NCBI GenBank assembly: GCA_965240325.2
Contig: OZ251233.1
Coordinates: forward strand, 1,488,001 to 1,552,000
Direction of reading: 5' to 3'
Length of the DNA: 64,000 nucleotides
Origin: Rebecca billardiae RCC1528
Lineage: Eukaryota; Protista; Haptophyta
Shown: positions 55,501-64,000 of the stretch, piece by piece
How the letters are laid out: each line of letters begins with the position of its first letter
Position numbering within the stretch: the first letter of the stretch is position 1
The notes under the pieces: model-generated
Seen by the model: the letters and a program-made list of their open reading frames with translations, nothing else
Told to the model about the DNA's origin: nothing
Database searches by the model: none
Position numbers and translations under genes: made by a program

Positions 55501-57594
55501 CGTGCGCACGATCGAGCGCACGGGCGGCAGCGGGCCCGGCGGCGGCTTCGCCACCGGCTTGGGCGGCGGCGGCGGCGGCGGCAGCCGGCGTGGCGGCGGC
55601 GGCGGCGGCGGCCGGCGCACCGGCTTTGGCGCCGGCTTGGGCGGCGGCTTGGGCGCCGGCTTCAGAGCCGGCTTGGGCGCCGGCTTCGCCCCGAACAGCG
55701 AGTCAAAGAAAGACGGGCGCGGCGCGGACGGCGGCTTGGCCACCGGCTTGGGCGGCGGCGGCGGCGCCTTCACGATGGCACGCACCGGCGGCGGCGGTGG
55801 CGGCTTGGGCGCCGGCTTGGGCGGCGGCGGCTTCGCCACCACCTTTGGCGGCGGCGGTGGTGGCGGCGGCTTCACCACCGGCTTCGGCGGCGGCGGCTTG
55901 ACCGCCACCGGCTTGGGCGGCGGCGGCTTGACCGCCACCGGCTTGGGCGGCGGCGGCCGCGCCCCGGGCGCCGTGATCACCTTGCGAGTGCGTGCGCCGC
56001 CCAGGCCAAACGCAGAGGTGCCCGCCGGCTTGGACGGCGTGGGCGACGCGCGCGGCGGCAGAGCCACACGCTGCGCCGGCGTGCGCACGATCGAGCGCAC
56101 GGGCGGCAGCGGGCCCGGCGGCGGCTTCGCCACCGGCTTGGGCGGCGGCGGCGGAGGCGGCAGCCGGCGTGGCGGCGGCGGCGGCGGCGGCCGGCGCACC
56201 GGCTTGGGTGGCGGCTTGGGCGCGGGCTTGGGCGCAGGCTTGGGCGCCGGCTTGGGCGCCGGCTTCAGAGCCGGCGTGCTCGCTGGCTTAGGCGCGAACA
56301 GCGAGTCGAAGAAGGACGGGCGCGGCGCGGACGGCGGCTTGGCCACCGGCTTGGGCGGCGGCGGCGGCGCCTTCACGATGGCACGCACCGGCGGCGGCGG
56401 TGGCGGCTTGGGCGCCGGCTTGGGCGGCGGCGGCTTCGCCACCACCTTTGGCGGCGGCGGTGGTGGCGGCGGCTTCACCACCGGCTTGGGCGGCGGCGGC
56501 TTGACCGCCACCGGCTTGGGCGGCGGCGGCCGCGCCCCGGGCGCCGTGATCACCTTGCGAGTGCGTGCGCCGCCCAGGCCAAACGCAGACGTGCCCGCCG
56601 GCTTGGACGGCGTGGGCGACGCGCGCGGCGGCAGCGCCACACGCTGCGCCGGCGTGCGCACGATCGAGCGCACGGGCGGCAGCGGGCCCGGCGGCGGCTT
56701 CGCCACCGGCTTGGGCGGCGGCGGCGGCGGCGGCTTCGGCACCGGCTTGGGCGGCGGAGGTGGTGGCGGGGCGCGGCGGGGCGGCGGTGGCGGCTTGGGC
56801 GCTGGCTTGGGCGGCGGCGGCTTGGCGACCACCTTGGGCGGCGGTGGCGGCGGTGGCGGCTTGGGCGCAGGCTTGGGCGCCGGCTTCAGAGCCGGCGTGC
56901 TCGCTGGCTTAGGCGCAAACAGCGAGTCGAAGAAGGACGGCTGCGGCGGCGACGGCGGCTTGGCCATCGGCTTGGGCGGCGGCGGCGGCGGCTTGGCCAC
57001 CGGCTTGGGCGGCGGCGGCGGCGCCTTCACGATGGCACGCACCGGCGGCGGCGGCGGCGGCGGCGGCTTGGGCACCGCCTTGGGCGGCGGCGGCGGCGGC
57101 TTCACCACCGGCTTCGGCGGCGGCGGCTTGACCGCCACCGGCTTGGGCGGCGGCGGCCGCGCCCCGGGCGCCGTGATCACCTTGCGAGTGCGTGCGCCAC
57201 CCAGGCCAAACGCAGACGTGCCCGCCGGCTTGGACGGCGTGGGCGACGCGCGCGGCGGCAGCGCCACACGCTGCGCCGGCGTGCGCACGATCGAGCGCAC
57301 GGGCGGCAGCGGGCCCGGCGGCGGCTTCGCCACCGGCTTGGGCGGCGGCGGCGGCGGCGGCTTCGGCACCGGCTTGGGCGGCGGAGGTGGTGGCGGGGCG
57401 CGGCGGGGCGGCGGTGGCGGCGGCTTCGCCACCGGCTTGGGCGCCGGTGGAGTCGCGGGCTTGGGAGCAAAAAGCGAGTCGAAGAGCGACGGCTGCGGCG
57501 GCGACGGCGGCTTGGCCACCGGCTTGGGCGGTGGCGGCGGCGGCTTGGCCACCGGCTTGGGCGGCGGCGGCGGCGCCTTCACGATGGCACGCAC

Positions 57595-57625
<31 letters not shown>

Positions 57626-57661
57626 GGCTTGGGCGGCGGCGGCTTCAGGACAACCTTTGGA

Positions 57662-57694
<33 letters not shown>

Positions 57695-59185
57695 TTCACC
57701 ACCGGCTTGGGCGGCGGCGGCTTGACCGCCACCGGCTTGGGCGGCGGCGGCGGCGGCGGCGGCGCCGGCAGCGCCCTCGGCGCAGGCTTGGCCATCGGAG
57801 CTGTGATCACCTTCACCTGACGCGCACCGCCGAGCTTCAGACCCGCGGGCGGCTTGGGCGGCGGCGGCTTGGGCGGCGGCGGCAGCGGCTTGGGCGGCGG
57901 CGGCGCGCGGCGCACGACCGGCTTGGGCGGCGGCGGCGGCGGCGGCTTGGGCGGCGGCGGCTTGGGCGGCGGCGGCGCGGCGCGCAGCACCGGCTTGGGC
58001 GGCGGCGGCGCCGGCTTGGGCGGCGGCGGCTTGGCCACGATCTTCGGCGCGGCAGGCGCGCTGCTGCGCGGGCCGAAGAGCGAGTCGAGGAACGACGGGG
58101 CCGGCGCACTCGGTGGCGGCGCTGCCTTGAGCACCGGCTTGGGCGGCGGCGGCGGCGGCGGCTTGGGCGGCGGCGGCTTGGGCGGCGGCGGCGCGGCGCG
58201 CAGCACCGGCTTGGGCGGCGGCGGCGCCGGCTTGGGCGGCGGCGGCTTCGCCACGATCTTCGGCGCGGCAGGCGCGCTGCTGCGCGGGCCGAAGAGCGAG
58301 TCGAGGAACGACGGGGCCGGCGCACTCGGTGGCGGCGCTGCCTTGAGCACCGGCTTGGGCGGCGGCGGCGGCGGCGGCTTGGGCGGCGGCGGCTTGGGCG
58401 GCGGCGGCGCGGCGCGCAGCACCGGCTTGGGCGGCGGCGGCGCCGGCTTGGGCGGCGGCGGCTTGGCCACGATCTTCGGCGCGGCAGGCGCGCTGCTGCG
58501 CGGGCCGAAGAGCGAGTCGAGGAACGACGGGGCCGGCGCGCTCGGCGCACGCACCGGTGGCGGCGTGGGCGGCGGCGGCACGCGCACGGGCGGCGGCGGC
58601 GGTGGCTTGATCACGAGCTTGGGGCGAGCCGGCAGCGGCGGCGGCGGCGGCGGCTTGGCCACGGGCTTGGGCGGCGGCGGCTGGCGCAGGATCGGTTTGG
58701 GCGGCGGCGGCGGGGGGGGCGGCCGGGCCGCGGCACCGGCCGACGGCTTGCCGATCACCTTGACCGTGCGCGGGGCCCCAAGCTTCTGACCGAAGCCCGC
58801 CGTCGGGGCGGCGGGGCCTGTCGGCGTCGTGGGCGGCGGCGGCGGCGGCCGCGGCGCCAGCAGGCCTTGGCGGGGCGGCAGCGGCACCGGAGTGATCGGC
58901 TTCAAGCGCGACACGGGCCTGGCCGGTGGCGGCGGCGGCGGAGCAGGCGGCGGCGGCGCGGCAGGCGGCGGCGGCGGCGGCGGCGGCAGCGGCTTGGGTG
59001 GCGGCGGTGTCGGGCGGATGGTCAGCTTGGGCGGCGGCGGCGGCGGCGGCGGCACCTTCACAGGCGGCGGCGGCGGCGGCGGCCGGATGGCAAGCTTGGG
59101 CGGCGGAGGCGGCGGCGGCGGAGGTGTGGCCTTGGGCTGCGAGGCGCCACCGCCAAAGAGCCCGCCGAAGAGCGGTGGCGGCGGT

Positions 59186-59218
<33 letters not shown>

Positions 59219-59647
59219 GGCTGCGGAGCACCGCCGCCGAAGAGCCCGCCGAAGAGCGGTGGCGGCGGCGAGGCAGGCGGCTTGGGCGCAGGCGCCGGCT
59301 TGGGCGGCGGCGGCGGCGCTCGGATGGCCAGCTTGGGCGGCGGCGGCGGCGGCGGCGGCTTCTTCACCGGCGGCGGTGGCGGCGGCCGGATGGCAAGCTT
59401 GGGCGGCGGCGGCGGCGGCGGCGGCACCTTCACAGGCGGGAGCGGCGGCGACTTGCGCACGGCGACCTTGGGCGGCGGCGGCGGTGGCGGCGGCGGCGGC
59501 GGCGACGGCTTGGGCGGCGGCGGCAGCGAAATCTTGGGCACCTGGACCTTCGGAAGCTCGACCTTGGGCGGCTTGAACTCGGGCACCTTGATCTCGGGCA
59601 CCTTGATCTCGGGCACCTTGATCTCGGGCACCTTCAGCGTCGGCGGC

Positions 59648-59694
<47 letters not shown>

Positions 59695-60672
59695 AACCGG
59701 CGCGGCGCCCGAGCGCGGCTCGGCGGCCTTGGTCAGGGCGTCATCAATCTCGTTAATCCGCTTGGCGATGTTCCCGGTGACCGAGTCGGAGAGGTCCTGC
59801 ACCGCGTCCTTCGCCGCGTCGGCGAGCTTCTCCGGCGCCTCCTGGATGCTCTTCGCCACGCGGCCGGGCGTCGCCGCGATGTCCTCCTTCAGCTTCTCCG
59901 TCGCGCGGCGTGCCTGGTCCTGTGCTTCGGCAACCTTCCGACCGGGAAGCGTCACGATCTCGTCGACCGTGCGCTGCACGCTGGACTTGACGGCGTCGCC
60001 CGCCTTCTGCGCGATGCCCGTGGCGGTGCCCGCCGCGGCGTTTCCTGCAGCCTTCGCCGCCTTCGCCGCGAGCCCGCCCACGTCCACCTTCGGCAGCTCG
60101 GGCGGCGGAGGGCGCGGCGGCTTGGGCGGCGGCGGCGGCGGCGGCGGCGGCGCGACCGGCGCTGGCGGCGGCGGCGGCGGCGGCGCCGGCTTGGGCGGCG
60201 GCGACGCCGGGCTCGGCGGCGGCGAGGTCGGGATCGTCACAGGGGGCGGCGGCACAACCGTCACCGGCTCCACCGGTGGTGGTGGTGGTGGCGGCGGCGG
60301 CGGCGGCGGCGCCACGGGCGCCGGCGCCGGCGCCGCAACGGGCGGCGGCGGCGACGGCGGCGGCGGCATCGGCGTGACAGGCGGCGGCAGCGGCGTGGGC
60401 TTGGGCCGCGGTGCGATCGGCGGGGGCAGAGGGGTGGACCCCGCCGGGGCCGGCGACCCCGACTTGGGCTCCTCGTCATCGGCGCCGGCCGAGGCGTCGT
60501 CGAGGCCGTTTGATGAGAGGACCACCGGCGGGCGCGTGCGCGCGACACGGCGTCGCGCGCCAAGGAGCGACGAGGCGGACGGCCCGGGCTTGGATGGGTT
60601 CACCAGACCCACCGACAGCTCGGCGCACGCGAGGAGGCCGAGCAGGAGCGCAAGCGCGCCCCGCTGCCCCAT
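52549..60672 (-). CDS. Pro/Lys-rich repetitive disordered protein (2,707 aa) with signal peptide + transit-peptide-like N-terminus
   Basis: Single 8.1-kb ORF with ATG at 60672. Hydrophobic leader MGQRGALALLLGLLACAELSVG followed by an Arg/Ser-rich acid-free segment. Amphipathic helical block, (VPEIK)n, and higher-order repeats with FFDSLF and GGARxxKVIT motifs. Confidence 0.85.
52980..58540 (-). repeat. Higher-order coding repeats: eight units of roughly 0.6 kb, plus three 216-nt units
   Basis: GATCACCTTGCG-containing block near 53580, 54150, 55396, 55975, 56548 and 57175. CGAGTCGAGGAACGAC at 58081, 58297 and 58513 (216-nt period). Confidence 0.9.
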
Positions 60673-61049
60673 GGCGCCTGACGACGGGATTACGCACACC
60701 GCGCGAGGATCGCGACGTCAGGGCCGAAGATTGCAGCCGAGGCCTTCGGGGTCTCGTTCGCCGCGTGGTCCAGCCCTTGGATGCTCGGCTCCGGCCGTGA
60801 CAAATACGCAGCGCAAATTAGTCCGGCGCGCTGACTGTTTCTGGATGATGATGGAAGTTCCAAGTACTACTGAGTCCGGATGCAGCCTCCCGATCGCCCG
60901 GACGGAGGCGCACGGGCTCGCGCGACGGCCCACACTGAACCGGGAGACTGAACACTGGCAAGGCACCACCACCCGTCACATGGCAACGATGGCTGCCCGG
61001 CGCTAACGGGCAACAATCACCAAGCAAGAGCGTTGCAGCCCACAGCACC

Positions 61050-61774
61050 ATGCAGGTGGACGGCGTCACCTTCTCGGCAGTCGTGGGCGGGCTCGTGCTC
61101 CTGCTGTTCTGCCGCGACCACGTGCTCGAGCTGTGCCGCAGCCGCGTGCGACGGCTCACGGCACAGGCGGCGCCGCCTCCGGAGACGGCCGCGGAGCCAC
61201 CCGCTGAGGCAGCGCCCTTCAGCGTGCCACGCCCGCGCAAGGGGGATGCCGTGCAGCCCATCAGCGCTGTGACGAGACACAACGAGCAACAGACGCCGGC
61301 GAGTCCCGCCGAGCCCCCAGCGGAGGTGCGCTCCTCCGCCCGCGCGCGCGCTCGCCCGCACGTGCCTCCCTGTGCGGGTCAAGTCACTGACCGCGCGGCA
61401 CGCGCGCCTGGCGTCGTGCGCAGCAGGTGGGAGTGCACGCGCCCGAGGAGGCGGAGCGGCACGTGCGCGCGCGTCTCAAGTACACTGTCGACGGCAACGT
61501 GCGCTGGCTGCGCGACTCCGTCGAGTCCGGCTGTGCCGCGGACGCGTGCGCGGCGGTGCGCGAGCTCGACGCCGTGTTCGAGCACCTCAAGACACTAGGA
61601 CTGCGCGGCCGCCACCGCACGGTGGAGTACTGCAACGCGCTCGTGGACGCCGACGGAGTGGACCTGCTGCACACGCTGACGAAGACGCCGGCCCCGGCCG
61701 GGCCCGAACAGCTCGCGCTGCGCGACAGCGCTACTGTCCTCTTCCGGCAGGTGGTGCCCCTCATCTACAGCTGA
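61050..61774 (+). CDS. Small protein with N-terminal TM anchor and helical C-terminal domain; exons 61050-61325, 61424/61427-61774 (~207 aa)
   Basis: Hydrophobic VTFSAVVGGLVLLLFC. GAG|GTGCGC donor and CAGCAG acceptor join in phase 0 to ORF VGVHAPEEAERH...FRQVVPLIYS. Confidence 0.75.
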
Positions 61775-62893
61775 CGATGAGTCAACTGGCAACTGACTGC
61801 TCCGGGACGGTTCAACAGTGTGTGACATACTCTTGTCACACACTGTTGTCTTGAGTAGAGTAGTAGACCAATTCTAGTCGTACTGATGATTTACAGAATA
61901 CCTCTGTGAGCTGCTGACTAGACACCGCTCGAGGTGACTCGACATGAGCCCGGCCAATGCCACTGAATGAGCGGTCGGAGGGCGCACGGCTCACTGCTCA
62001 GCCTGATGGCTGATGATATTCATCTGTCCCGAATAATAACGATTAACGTGACTGTTAAGACTGCGTGCCCGCACCAGTCTCACCAGTGGGTCTGTGGTAC
62101 TAGACACTGGTCGCCGAAGTCGAAGACTCTTGAGGCCTCGAGTCAGTCAGACAGTCGGGTCGTGCCTCGAATGGTGTGAGCACCGTCACCGTGCCCGTGC
62201 CGGGCCGTGGACAGACGCCGTGGTGCCCAATGAGCAATGAGCACCAGCCGTCATTATCGGACGACGCAGCCTGCTGTTGGTCGCCAGGCGGGCAGGATTG
62301 ATGTCACTCAGATTGTTGAACATTGACACTGTAGACCTGTAGTTAATGCCTCGTCGACGACGCAGACGTCGACGTCGTCTCGCGCGTGACACGTGGCCTG
62401 GCCTCCGATCGCCGGACCGCCACCGACGAATGAACGAATCACGGTCCGAGCAGGAATAAACTCAGGCTACTGAGGCTTTATACTACGACTGTCCAATGGT
62501 AACATTACTCTCCGCGGCGGCTCGCGTTTAACTCTGTCGTTTAAACACAGGTGAGCCGGGATTCTAATTATTGAGAATTGTCTGATGCCAGTCTGGCTAA
62601 TTTTAGATGCATGCAGTACCAGTCTAAGGATGATGGCGATGCACGGGCATCATCATCGCTGATGCTGTAGCCGGCACTATCGACTTCTTCTCTAGTGACT
62701 CTCTCTAGTGGAATGCATCATCGGCTTAAGACTGGAACTGAGACCTGTAGGCCGTGGCCGGTCGCGTCGTCCGGATGCGGCGATGCAGTTACAGCCTGAC
62801 AGTTGGCCGCGTGCATTGCGCCCGTCGAGAGAAATCGCAGATGCTCTCAGGCCGAGCGAGACTTGTAGTTCAGACCAGTTCGGCGCGAGCGCA

Positions 62894-63157
62894 TCACACC
62901 ACCAGCTTCTTCTCGTACATGTAACGGCCACGACATGTTTGCGAGCAGAAAGCGACATCGGCCGCGAGCAGCACGTCAGCGCCCGGCGCCCTCGGCTCCC
63001 GACACATGGCGCACTCGTGGATGTTTGGCCGTCTCAACGAGGCCCGCTGCAGCATCCACGCGAGGTCCTTATCGCTGTCGCGCGCGTCGAGCGCGCCCTG
63101 TGATTGCATCTCCCCAGAGGACGTTGACGCGCTGGTCGGGGGAGAGTTGGCCGGCAT
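62894..63157 (-). CDS. FCS-like zinc-finger (FLZ/DUF581-like) microprotein, 87 aa
   Basis: ATG at 63157; CAMCREPRAPGADVLLAADVAFCSQTCR fits C-x2-C-x17-FCS-x2-C-R. Confidence 0.65.
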   Translation of the reverse strand: MPANSPPTSASTSSGEMQSQGALDARDSDKDLAWMLQRASLRRPNIHECAMCREPRAPGADVLLAADVAFCSQTCRGRYMYEKKLVV

Positions 63158-64000
63158 GTCGACAAAGACGGCGCACTGTGATCGCGAGATCCCACGTCCT
63201 CCTAAGCCAGAATACGGCGAGATTCGGAGATTCCGCTGGGAGCTTAAAAACATCAGCGCCCCCCTCTGCCAGGTGGACGGGTGCCACCTGAGCGCTATGA
63301 TAAACGGCATATTACAGTATTGGAGAATGGAGAATCTTTCCTACTACGCTACTACCACTTTACCCACGGCCGGCGTCGGCCGCCGCGTCGGAAGCCGACG
63401 ACGGGCGAATGACCGGTTTCCTTTGGGACCGTTTGATCCAGATTGACAATAAATGTGGCTGAGTCAGTTAGAATCGCACTATTCGGCCAAGGGAAACTTT
63501 TTTCGAGCAAAGCGCGGTTGAAGAAAGTGAAAACCCGCTGACTCACCCGCCAAGCTCAGAGCGGCCGCGCAGCATGTCTGCCGTGGCGCCGGGACCGCTG
63601 GGCCGTCATGGAAGAGCCGGTGCGTCGGAGCCAACTGGGCTCGGTCGCATACGAGTCTGTAGGGAGGTGATCGTAGCGAGCACCGCTGACATGCGGCATG
63701 CTGGACGAGGAGTGACTGAGACGTGCAGCAGCTGCTCGCGGCCATCCGCCGACGCGGACTGCCTCGACAACGGACAAGCGGCAGACACGCTACCTGCAGG
63801 CCTGACAGGGGGCACTGAGCAAGCTGCGCCAGTGGGTGCGGCATTGGCCTGCGTTTCTAGCTGCGCCGTGACATCTTGACACGCTGGTCGCCGCCCGGCG
63901 GCGCGCGCGCGCTGCGCGCGCGGCGCGGCTGAGCCCGAGTGGAGCGCCTCAGATCCTATCTGACTCAAGCTTCTCAGAAATTCAAAAAAATCAAAATGGC

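Noticed and set aside
52490-61006. Gly-rich plus-strand ORFs (52490-57820, 58829-61006)
   Set aside because: Antisense mirror of the Pro/Lys gene; interrupted by stops and lacking a leader, whereas the minus frame is open throughout with a signal peptide.
63980-64000. A-rich leader followed by AAAATGGC, a possible start of a next gene
   Set aside because: Only 5 nt of potential CDS lie in the window; cannot be supported.

Overview
Very GC-rich eukaryotic genomic DNA with short (about 100-175 nt) spliceosomal introns (GTGCGC/GTGAGC/GTACGC donors, one GC-AG intron). This is consistent with a haptophyte alga such as a pavlovophyte, which is an inference. About half of the window is one 4-exon minus-strand gene (31098->955). 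It encodes a 9,907-aa type-I membrane protein with a fibrocystin-L/PKHD1L1-like core (IPT, PA14-like, two G8 + beta-helix units). Added to that core are WSC, SUEL-lectin, LamG, furin-like, Myxococcus-type Cys, cbEGF and 17 'GCTD' repeats, plus two extensin-like (SPPP)n stalks. Other genes: J-domain+PHD; extracellular RCC1 propeller on a Pro stalk with TM; a DUF3245-like protein; a small acidic Cys-motif protein; a 6-exon signal-peptide + RTX-repeat + TM protein; a frame-disrupted EF-hand-like gene; a predicted N-myristoylated kinesin-13-like motor with C-terminal SH3; a 2,707-aa Pro/Lys sticker-spacer protein with an apparent bipartite plastid presequence; a small TM protein; and an FLZ-type zinc-finger microprotein. 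Non-coding structure includes a strand-switching GGTACA array with an adjacent perfect hairpin, a ~210-bp long inverted repeat and (CT)n/(AT)n microsatellites. All domain calls are by eye; no searches were run.
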